From NCBI GenBank assembly GCA_965224705.1, contig OZ245056.1:96001-160000 (forward strand): a stretch of 64,000 bases of DNA, written 5' to 3'. The notes below the pieces were generated by a model. The model saw nothing but the letters and a program-made list of their open reading frames with translations, made no database searches and was not told the origin of the DNA. The position numbers and the translations under genes are program-made. This document shows positions 52,038 through 60,530 of the stretch, one piece after another. The first letter of the stretch is position 1. Every line of letters starts with the position of its first letter. This DNA is from Spirochaetaceae bacterium (lineage in GTDB: Bacteria > Spirochaetota > Spirochaetia > DSM-2461).

Positions 52038-52187
52038 CCGTATTTCTCACGAATAAAGTGAAAAAAGAGGTCTCATCTCTGATAGTTATTAGTAGATATA
52101 GAATTAACCTATCAAACAAAGAACCTTTTATGAATACAGAGTGTAGCTCAAAACAATTGATCTTGCAAGATCTTGGGAAGTGGGAAA
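52038..52187 (+). mobile_element. IS1380-family left-end remnant
   Basis: ccgtatttctcac end plus MNTECSSKQLILQDLG; homologous to the reverse complement of 28065-28200. Confidence 0.65.
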
Positions 52188-52530
52188 TGTCAACACCGGA
52201 CTAGAATTGCAGATTATCACCGAGTTATACTGCAGTCTTCGGCATGTTTTTTTAAAGTCAACGACTCCTATTTTCATTCTAACCTTCATGCAGTATGAAT
52301 CTCCCTTAAGACTAACTACATGAAAATGGTGAAGAAGTCTGTCTAAAGTAGCCGTCGCAACTGGCGCCATTTGCCATAATTTCATCCAACTTCCCGAAAA
52401 CTTTATTACTCGTTAATACTATGGAACCATGTTCATGTCAAGTGCCGATGAGCTGTGAAGAGAAGCGATCTGTCCAACATTTAGATTTTCATAACCGACC
52501 TCATCAATTAATAGTACATGTGACTTTCAA
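52188..52530 (-). mobile_element. IS21-family right end with istB fragment
   Basis: LLIDEVGY and ATLDRLLHH..KGDSY; TGTCAAC terminus at 52188. Confidence 0.8.
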
Positions 52531-52649
52531 AACATTTTTCCTAAATTGAAAGAGGTAGTATTCCTACATTGGGAGAGTAGCTTTCGTTATATTTAAAAAG
52601 TGTTTAGGTAAAAATATGCCTGATGAAAGTCATTAAAATATCGTTAGAG

Positions 52650-53234
52650 TCAAACTTCATTCTGAGTTAATTGAGGTGATAAGTTTCTCAATCTATCTAC
52701 TTCAATATTCTTTATCATCAGCCTATAGAATCTATTGTAAATAATCTTCTTTTTTTCTATATAATCCTTTGCACTAATAGAATAATTACTATTTATAATA
52801 ATTTTTTGCTTCTCTTGAGAGTAATCTTTTGCTACTTTTGGGAATTGTTGCAACAAATTTCTAAAGCATACCAACTCTTGCCAGTCTTGAGATTTGTACT
52901 GGGTTAGATGAATATGAAAAAAATGTACTTCTTTCTTACCCTTCCAAAGGATTAGCCTGTTTGGTAGCATTTCCAACAATTCTTCTATCAAAAAATAATC
53001 ATTTTCAATCAATTTTTTCTTAATACTGATTTTTTGTGGTTCGAACGTGTATCCAATAACAATATCAATAATTGGTTTTGCGTAAATATTGGGTACTGCC
53101 GTACTACCTACATGCTGGATTAAAGCATAATCAAGCTCCAATAGCTCAAATAGTTTTGATTGTTCTTTTCCAAATTCTCCTTTCCAATAATCAAGATGAT
53201 TTTTTTCAAGTGTAACAGTCCTATCTAAACTCAT
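52650..53234 (-). CDS. GrpB/UPF0157 nucleotidyltransferase-fold protein
   Basis: IQHVGSTAVP..AKPIIDI, HIH, FRNLL..P..AKDY...K, Y...K. Confidence 0.9.
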   Translation of the reverse strand: MSLDRTVTLEKNHLDYWKGEFGKEQSKLFELLELDYALIQHVGSTAVPNIYAKPIIDIVIGYTFEPQKISIKKKLIENDYFLIEELLEMLPNRLILWKGKKEVHFFHIHLTQYKSQDWQELVCFRNLLQQFPKVAKDYSQEKQKIIINSNYSISAKDYIEKKKIIYNRFYRLMIKNIEVDRLRNLSPQLTQNEV

Positions 53235-53253
53235 TTTTAACTCTCCGCAAAAA

Positions 53254-54006
53254 TTAGTGTTGCATTCTTCCTGTCAATACAACAGGTTCATCAGATTTAA
53301 GCTTGTATTTCCTGGATTCCGAGTACATAAAGTCTTTCATATGTCCAAACGGCTCAATTTTTTCTACCTGAGGATGAAAAAAATATCTGTGATATAAATT
53401 CATTTTATATTGCTCAAAAACTGGAACTGAGTAAGAAAGAAAATTTTTCCAAATAATGAATGTCGGCTCATGATGCAGTCGATATCTCAGTTTTCTATCC
53501 GCATAAAAATCATGACATACATATTTACCCAGTTTTGAAGATTGAGAAGATATTGTATTGTTAACCTGACGATAACGCTCAACCTTTATACTTTCAAAAA
53601 TATCCTGGTTATACCGGTAGTACTTTGGGAATCCTCCTCCAAACAAACAAACATCTCCCCCAAAATTCAACATCTTCAATACTATTGCTGTAAATGGATA
53701 TACAATGCTGTATTTATGTTGCAAAATAGGTAGCTCTTTTTTGCAAAATTCATCAAGAAACATGTTTCTAATTGTTAATTTCAAATTCTTGTTATGTAAA
53801 AATAATTTTAAGCTTTTTTTCTCGACAGTATCCAAATCTGGGTAATAGTCAACAAATATGCACTCAAATTCTACTCCTAGGCATAGTAAACGATAGGCTA
53901 AGAACTGACTATCGACACCTCCTGATAAGAATAGTGTTATTTTCCCATGTTTTTGAATCTCAAGGAGTTTCTGATCTACGTATTCAAGCCATGGGCAATC
54001 ATTCAT
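53254..54006 (-). CDS. PP-loop (adenine nucleotide alpha-hydrolase-like) enzyme
   Basis: LFLSGGVDS motif near the N-terminus; no QueC zinc motif and no glutaminase domain. Confidence 0.7.
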   Translation of the reverse strand: MNDCPWLEYVDQKLLEIQKHGKITLFLSGGVDSQFLAYRLLCLGVEFECIFVDYYPDLDTVEKKSLKLFLHNKNLKLTIRNMFLDEFCKKELPILQHKYSIVYPFTAIVLKMLNFGGDVCLFGGGFPKYYRYNQDIFESIKVERYRQVNNTISSQSSKLGKYVCHDFYADRKLRYRLHHEPTFIIWKNFLSYSVPVFEQYKMNLYHRYFFHPQVEKIEPFGHMKDFMYSESRKYKLKSDEPVVLTGRMQH

Positions 54007-56311
54007 TTCTTGTATCTAATTGCCATTCTTTTATGAGTAAATCCAGGTATTGTAAAGTACGTTTGTTCTCTGGATCATTACACTTTTCATAGATATTACG
54101 TAATTCTTTAATCCTTTTTTTAATATCCGGGATTATCTTTTTAGGGTTGGTGTGATATAAGTGTCCAAAGATATACTTATGCAAAGGATGAGTTTCTTTT
54201 TTCAAAACTTCCAGAATCTTTTTTTGCAACTCTTTGTCGAAAGCTCTATAGAATGGTTTTGGTCTTTTCGGGTTAATGGGGTCCTGTTCATCTTCATTTG
54301 TAGTGTGCTTAGGGTTGGAATCAAGCCATTTGAAATATAAAAATTTGGTTTTGGCTTGATAATCCGAATTGTAGAGTTGGATGGATGCATCATAATACAA
54401 GGTAAGAACTCTCTGATATGTTGCCATTATGGATTTCATATCCTTATTTTCATTTTCTTCTATGCGCTTGAGGTTTTCAAGAAATAGTTTTGACTTCTTC
54501 TTATTCTGTTCGTCCATTAACACATAGAAGAAACGCTCTAGGCAAAATAAAAAAGCTCTTCGGAGAGATTCAGGAACTTTTGTGTAAATATCAGAAATTG
54601 CTTTCTTCTTATTTTTTTTGGGTTCATCGCTTAATGAAAATTTCTCATGATACAAAAGTGAAGCGATAACCCATTCATAAACAGAGTCATTGAATCTATC
54701 AATAGAAATACCATCATCTGGTTTACCACTATCTGGTTGCTCATCAAGAATTGAAACATACAGAGCTAACGCTAACAGGATTTTTTGACTTTTCTTTTCT
54801 AATTTTATTCCATCAGAATAATACAATGGATATGATTTGCTCCCCTCTATATCATTTATGTAATCATAAACCTTTCTTTGGTCTTCTCTATTATTACTGA
54901 GTTCCTGCACGATATTTGGGTAAGTTTTCCATAGGGTCTTCGTCATATCCAATACTTCTTTACAGTGTGTTTTATAATCTATACGGAGTCTAATAACTTC
55001 TAACTTCTTCTTATGATTCTCCCATTTCTTTATGCATGTATCAATGCTTGTGTTCTCCGCTATTCCCGAGATTAAAATATTGCCTTTCATCATATTGGGC
55101 AAGTCTATATTGTCTGTATTAACTATCCAGTGAAGCGACTTAAGTGCATAGACGGCATAATAATTCTTCAAGGTATTCGTAAACTCATCATGATTTTTAT
55201 CAAGATTATTATTAGATAAGTTAAAACACTTATATATATTATTATTGCCTTGGCTACAAAGGTTTTTTTTATAAAACTCTAGCCTCTTCCTGAGTAGTCT
55301 ACTTGCGCTATCAAAGTCCACTATGATGACCGTTTTGTTAAGAGGAGACATTGGATTCAGAAGTGTATTGGCTACATCAAACATACTGTAAAATTCTGGT
55401 ACTCCATTATCATGATCACTGAACTCTGTACGCTTGAATTTTATCTCATCAGCATCATTTCTGTTATCATTATGGAGTTTGTATTGATATTTATTTTTAG
55501 ATTTGCAACAGTTGAAAACTATCTTGTAGAAATTCTCATATAGAACATAACCATCCTTACTCAGGTAATTCAAAGGAATTCTTTTAATTGGCAAATCCTT
55601 AAAATGCTTATTAGCTTTTGTAGGCTTCTTCATTTCTAGCGCAGTCTCTCCCAATTGATATAGATTAAAATTATCATGGTTTTCACTACGTGCTAGTTTT
55701 TTGAGAAACGTGACATGAGGCTCATATCTTGTGAGGGATGTACCTATAAACAAGCATGTTTGATTGTTTGTAGTTAATAATGGATCATGAAATTTAGCCA
55801 ATTTATCTGATATTTTTTCAGAGATTTTTTTCCTTGTATTAATCAGACTAGATGGACTTAGTATAGTTCCATGCAGATAAATCAAACTACGGATTTTGGG
55901 ATAAATAGGTCTAAAAAAATCCTGATTTTCTAAATGCTCATCATTTTCATAAGTCATTGGATAGAATGGTTTGAAACCATCCCCTTGTTCTCCAGATTGG
56001 GAACCTGCTCTGAACCTAATGGCTTGTATTAAAGTGAGTAAAGTCAAATCATGATTCGTTGTTACTATATATTTCCAGTTCAATGACAGAAAATCCAAGA
56101 CATTTTTTCCTCGCTCAAGCAGATCGGCTGTATTGCTTACATTAATAGCAGTTTTACTTAATTCTCCTGCTTCCTCTAAGTAGTTTTCCAATTCAGACCA
56201 AAGAGGAAACCCGAACATCTTCGAAAACCCAGCCCCAAGCCAAAGCACGGCCTGCCCTCCTTCGATAGATTGGATCAAAGTATTCATTCCCTCTTGTGAG
56301 ACATTTTCCAT
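53999..56311 (-). CDS. SIR2-like domain protein with ~500-aa unknown C-terminal region
   Basis: LWLGAGFS..FPLWSEL, IVTTNHD, IYLHG, LFIGTSL. Confidence 0.85.
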   Translation of the reverse strand: MENVSQEGMNTLIQSIEGGQAVLWLGAGFSKMFGFPLWSELENYLEEAGELSKTAINVSNTADLLERGKNVLDFLSLNWKYIVTTNHDLTLLTLIQAIRFRAGSQSGEQGDGFKPFYPMTYENDEHLENQDFFRPIYPKIRSLIYLHGTILSPSSLINTRKKISEKISDKLAKFHDPLLTTNNQTCLFIGTSLTRYEPHVTFLKKLARSENHDNFNLYQLGETALEMKKPTKANKHFKDLPIKRIPLNYLSKDGYVLYENFYKIVFNCCKSKNKYQYKLHNDNRNDADEIKFKRTEFSDHDNGVPEFYSMFDVANTLLNPMSPLNKTVIIVDFDSASRLLRKRLEFYKKNLCSQGNNNIYKCFNLSNNNLDKNHDEFTNTLKNYYAVYALKSLHWIVNTDNIDLPNMMKGNILISGIAENTSIDTCIKKWENHKKKLEVIRLRIDYKTHCKEVLDMTKTLWKTYPNIVQELSNNREDQRKVYDYINDIEGSKSYPLYYSDGIKLEKKSQKILLALALYVSILDEQPDSGKPDDGISIDRFNDSVYEWVIASLLYHEKFSLSDEPKKNKKKAISDIYTKVPESLRRAFLFCLERFFYVLMDEQNKKKSKLFLENLKRIEENENKDMKSIMATYQRVLTLYYDASIQLYNSDYQAKTKFLYFKWLDSNPKHTTNEDEQDPINPKRPKPFYRAFDKELQKKILEVLKKETHPLHKYIFGHLYHTNPKKIIPDIKKRIKELRNIYEKCNDPENKRTLQYLDLLIKEWQLDTRNE

Positions 56312-56316
56312 AGTAA

Positions 56317-57408
56317 CTACTCCTTTCTGATTGGCGCATTTCTCTCAAAAGCATTTTGATTGCCTTGATAACACCACTGATTACTTGAGGTCCGGGATTT
56401 ATCTATTGGAATAATTTTAATTGAGGAGACAGGATTCTGCTTATTGGTAATCCGAGGGTTTATTTCCATGTTTTTCTCATAATGGAACAGGCCGTTCAGC
56501 TGCTGGCAAAACTTTTTAATTGCCTGCTCTAGTTTATTTTCATCGATATCTTTAATTGACAGATTTGCACTTCTATTTCTTCGGCAAAAACTCAAGGTGC
56601 CGTCAGGCTGAATAAGCAATGTAAAAACACCCTCTGGGCAAGGAAATATTGGGCATTTTCGACAAAATTCTAAATAGGTCGCGGTGGTTTGTTTTGTTTT
56701 TATTTTTACTGAAATATTTTGATATTCAAAATATTTCATCGTCAAGCCCAAACCCAAGCCTTCCTCTTTAATCAAAGTGCATCCTTTTTTCAGTAACATC
56801 TGCTCAACCTCCTTGACTGTCTGATACTGATGATGGAAAAATCCTACTCCATCATACTCATGTTCTTCCAAATCACATAGCTTCAAATCACATTGATTCA
56901 CCGAGCAAAATTCAAGAATGTTCAAAACATCTTCCTGGTTATATTTCATCAATACCATAAGTATTTCTATCGAAGCTTTATTTTTTTTTAATTCAACAAT
57001 ATTTTTGACAACTTCTTCCAGTATAGAAGTACTCGTTATTGCGCTATATTTTTTTTCATCTAATGAATCCAGGCTTATCCTTAACCTGGACAATTGTGCT
57101 AACTTTTTAGGTTCTATCAGTTTTGAGCCGTTTGTATTCAACTGAATTTCTATTGATTCGGATATCAATTGCGTCATGAGGTTTAAGTATGAGTTGAATT
57201 CAGAGTGAAGTGTTGGTTCCCCTCCGGTAAATCGGAACATTTTGGCTCCCTGCTTAATCAGTGACCCTATTATTTTATCTGCCAGATTAAACGGCAACTC
57301 TCCAGATACGCCCATATGAGATTCGCCCATAGGAGGACAGTAGGCACAAAATTGGTTGCATTTTGTATTTATAACAACTGTTATCATTGCATTTATTAAA
57401 TTGGTCAT
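56317..57408 (-). CDS. Radical SAM enzyme, MoaA-like fold with C-terminal Cys cluster
   Basis: CNQFCAYC, RFTGGEP, NTNG, ISLDSL; CRKCPIFPC..DGTLSFC. GAGGAG RBS before ATG 57408. Confidence 0.88.
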   Translation of the reverse strand: MTNLINAMITVVINTKCNQFCAYCPPMGESHMGVSGELPFNLADKIIGSLIKQGAKMFRFTGGEPTLHSEFNSYLNLMTQLISESIEIQLNTNGSKLIEPKKLAQLSRLRISLDSLDEKKYSAITSTSILEEVVKNIVELKKNKASIEILMVLMKYNQEDVLNILEFCSVNQCDLKLCDLEEHEYDGVGFFHHQYQTVKEVEQMLLKKGCTLIKEEGLGLGLTMKYFEYQNISVKIKTKQTTATYLEFCRKCPIFPCPEGVFTLLIQPDGTLSFCRRNRSANLSIKDIDENKLEQAIKKFCQQLNGLFHYEKNMEINPRITNKQNPVSSIKIIPIDKSRTSSNQWCYQGNQNAFERNAPIRKE

Positions 57409-57410
57409 AT

Positions 57411-58421
57411 TCAAAACTCCTCTGCCAATAAATTGTCAATTTTTGGCCTTGGCAACTGGTTCATTCTGGCAGCGACAAACGAGCCATTATGTGTACCTCC
57501 ATTGTAACTTGCCACTGCTTGCTCTAATGTTGTAGTTAACGAGTCCTGAGGGATATAATTGGTACTCTCATAAACTTTTTCAGAAATGTATGAATGATTG
57601 AACAGAGTTAATTCCCAACCAATACTCATAGAAACAATTTCTTCGAATGTAATGGCTTTGCAGGTAATTCCATCGGATAATCCAAGAATTTTTGAAAATG
57701 TTTCAAAATAGTCAAAACACAAAAAACTCTGGGGACTGCAAACATTGAATACTTGTTGAATACATTTAGCATTGCCAATTACACGGCATATCACTTTAGC
57801 TAAGTCACTGATCGAAATGAAAGAACTTAAAACCTCTCCTTTCCTATATAAATATATGCTTTGACTGTTCAACAATGTTGTTGCCAACCTAACATCTCTA
57901 TTGTGCTTTGGTAAACACCCGGCCAAAGTCTTTTCTCCTAGGACATGATAGGGCCTTAAGATAGAAAAATTTGCCTTTGACTCTTCTATCCAATAGTGCT
58001 CCATTGAAATCTTTCCATCAGCATAACCTCCCAACACACCCATATTCGATGTATTTCGATTTTCATCAAAAGGAATCTTTGACTCATCTGATTTCCTATC
58101 TCGACAATATACCAATGTGGAAGACAAAAGTATATACTGTTCCGATTGGCCAAATAATAGGTGAGTAAACTTGGCATGAGCATGGTTTTTGGATATTAAG
58201 TCAATCACAGCCAATAGTTTTGGGTGGTTTTTATTGATTAAAGCGGCCTGTAAGGCATAACTCTCAGAGAATATATCTGCTTCATAGAAGATTTGGTTTT
58301 TCGCAGAGCTTGGTTTTTGCTTATCTAGTATAATGACAAAGAACCCATTGTTGACAAGTTCAACGCAAATACTCCCGCCTATAACACCACTTCCCCCAAT
58401 AACTAAAACCCTGTTATTCAT
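57411..58421 (-). CDS. NAD-dependent epimerase/dehydratase (extended SDR)
   Basis: VLVIGGSGVIG, LSS..VY, YADGK (YxxxK), ILRP..V.G, FISISDLA, VFNV. Confidence 0.88.
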   Translation of the reverse strand: MNNRVLVIGGSGVIGGSICVELVNNGFFVIILDKQKPSSAKNQIFYEADIFSESYALQAALINKNHPKLLAVIDLISKNHAHAKFTHLLFGQSEQYILLSSTLVYCRDRKSDESKIPFDENRNTSNMGVLGGYADGKISMEHYWIEESKANFSILRPYHVLGEKTLAGCLPKHNRDVRLATTLLNSQSIYLYRKGEVLSSFISISDLAKVICRVIGNAKCIQQVFNVCSPQSFLCFDYFETFSKILGLSDGITCKAITFEEIVSMSIGWELTLFNHSYISEKVYESTNYIPQDSLTTTLEQAVASYNGGTHNGSFVAARMNQLPRPKIDNLLAEEF

Positions 58422-58425
58422 TGTT

Positions 58426-58740
58426 CTGAATCCGTATAAGAATAAAAAACAAAGGCTCAATCTTTTATATATAATAAATTACGCAAAAATTCAATTAACC
58501 CGGAAGGTGAGCCTTATGAAGATAGATACTACCACAGAAGCTTTAACCCGTACAGGGGGAATCACACTGGCAGGAAAAATATTTAAAGAAATTGGACTGG
58601 AATTCACATCCGATACCATACTTTCGGGCGCAACAAACAAATCATAAAGACAATGACCAGACTTCCAAAGGGATGAATGGTTATTCTCCCATCTTCAGCT
58701 ATGTGGTAAGGAAGGTTATATGATGGACTGTGAACTAAAC
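58426..58740 (+). mobile_element. IS1380-like transposase fragments
   Basis: MKIDTTTEALTRTGGITLAG at 58516 and GYSPIFSY/GKEGYM at about 58680; most of the gene is missing. Confidence 0.55.
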
Positions 58741-58837
58741 TTTAATGGAAAATTACAATATTTGATTAAGCACATTTTGTCTGAATGATCTTCTCGTAAT
58801 CCACTGGAGAAACCATGTCGATTATAATACACCTCAA

Positions 58838-60059
58838 TATGTGTCATGCCAACCATTAAGCAACAAATAAATACGCTTGAGTTTAATTCGAGCTTGATCT
58901 ATAGAGAATTGCCAATCGACGGTGGCGTTCTTGTTATTTCTGTGTTCTTGCCATGCCCCAGATTCAAATGAAACCTCCTCTATCTTGTCTATTCTTCTGT
59001 TAAGGCACTGTCCCATCAATACATTCAACTCTATTTCAGCCGTGTTAAGCCAGCTACCGTGTTTCGGAGTATAGACAAACTCAAATCTGTTCAGAAGACT
59101 TTTTGCTTTTTCGGGTGTGTACGCCTCGTAAAAGGCGCCGGGAACATGAGTGCCGTCATCATCCATGACCAGAATTTTCTTTCAGCCTTTTCGTACAGCG
59201 AAGCTATCTCCTCCATGAAAAACGCCCGGTCGGCTTTCGTTTTCCTTTCCGTGATCTTCACGTATCGTTTACCGGCAAGAAGTTCATTCGCCATAAAGAC
59301 ATTGCACACCCCACATCGTTCGTATTCGCAGTCATAACGGTATGGTCGTCCTTTACCCTGGGCTATCGGTATTCTGGTCTCTCCAATAAGCTGCGTGGGA
59401 GATTCGTCCATACAAACTACCAGGAACGCAGAGTTATACGGCCTTTTGTACACCCCCAGGACTTTTTCCATTGCAGCCGCAAAATCAGAATCCTGTTCCG
59501 GGGGGATCACCCAACCCTGACTTTTCCAGGGTTTGATTTCGTTTTTTTAATACTTTTCTTACAGTTTCATAGGATACGCTTTGCACGTAACCCAACTCAA
59601 CAACTCTGTCGGCCAGCAGCCTTAACGACCAACGGGTAAAGCCATGCGGCGGTTCTGAACAGCTAAGAGCGACAAGATGAGCTTCAAAATCCCCATCCGC
59701 TTTCCTGTCATACACACGTTTGCCTTTATGACCGTTCAAGGCTATCTCCATTCCCTCCTCTACAAAACGCTTTTTTACGTGGTCTATACGCCTCATGCCA
59801 ATATTCAAGATATGCGCTATTTCTTCGTTCGTGCTTTTATGCGTCTGGTAATCACCTCTGTCGCAGGAGGCAGGATCAAGGCGTTTATCAGTTTTCGCGA
59901 TCTATGGACTCCTCTGGACTTTATTCCCTGTAAATACTGACGTTCGTCTTCACTTAAGGTCACCCGGTATCTAACTTGCATTACTATTCCCTCTATATAG
60001 ATAAGATGGGGATAGTTTACTTCATTTTTTGCGTTGTTTTAAGGTTGACATGACACGAG
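58838..60059 (-). mobile_element. IS630-family element, degenerate
   Basis: IRs gtgtcatgccaacc / ggttgacatgacac; RWSLRLLA, CMDE, YTPKHGSWLN.AEIE; A7C slippery site at about 59541-59548; extra frameshifts. Confidence 0.88.
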
Positions 60060-60352
60060 GACTCTAAGACTTCGAGGCAATTTCTGATGTTTTTACTGAT
60101 GCAAGGCGGCCTGTCCGCCGACAGACAGGCAAAAACGGAGTGCAACTGAGCTGCGTGAGTATTCTGGCAGCTCAGCAGCAAGATATGCGAGTCTATGGAC
60201 TCGCATCCTGAGAGAGTGCCGAGCGATAGCGAGGAAAAGCCGCCACGGATGGCGGCGAAAACGAACGAAGGCGGCTCTCCAGAAGCAAGCAGGAGGCTTG
60301 CTTCTGGAGAGAAGGGCAGAAATCGAGCCGTGAGGCGGAAGTCCGACGGGCT
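60060..60352. mobile_element. MITE family A, copy 3, expanded by hairpin modules
   Basis: Ends align with 21530-21675; interior carries four extra palindromes. Confidence 0.75.
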
Positions 60353-60530
60353 TCTGGGGAAGTCGGGGTGGGACGGACAGAGGGGAAAAGGTTCGCCGGG
60401 CTCAACAACCTCAGTTCTGTCCGCTATCTCATTGGGTGAGGAGGGTGTGTGAAAACTCTGGGGGATCGACTCGGCAAATCCGGGAAGTATCCTGTGCATT
60501 TATAGAAATTTTGGCGGATTTCAGATAAAA

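Noticed and set aside
53254..54006. Calling the PP-loop protein QueC/QatC or asparagine synthetase
   Set aside because: No C-terminal zinc-binding Cys cluster and no glutamine amidotransferase domain; only SGGxDS is shared.
53999..56311. Thoeris, SIR2-HerA or short pAgo assignment
   Set aside because: No TIR, HerA or Argonaute partner is visible in the operon.
56317..57408. Calling the radical SAM a prokaryotic viperin, MoaA or QueE
   Set aside because: It has an auxiliary Cys cluster, which viperin and QueE lack. It lacks the MoaA R-x-R and terminal GG. No moaC, queD or folE genes are nearby.
59541..59550. Frameshift in the IS630 transposase as a novelty
   Set aside because: An A7C slippery site between orfA and orfB is the normal programmed frameshift of this family.
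60017..60499. 160-aa ORF and overlapping short ORFs
   Set aside because: They run through the palindromic MITE copy 3 and are not protein-like; the same applies to 10695-10949 and 21544-21750.
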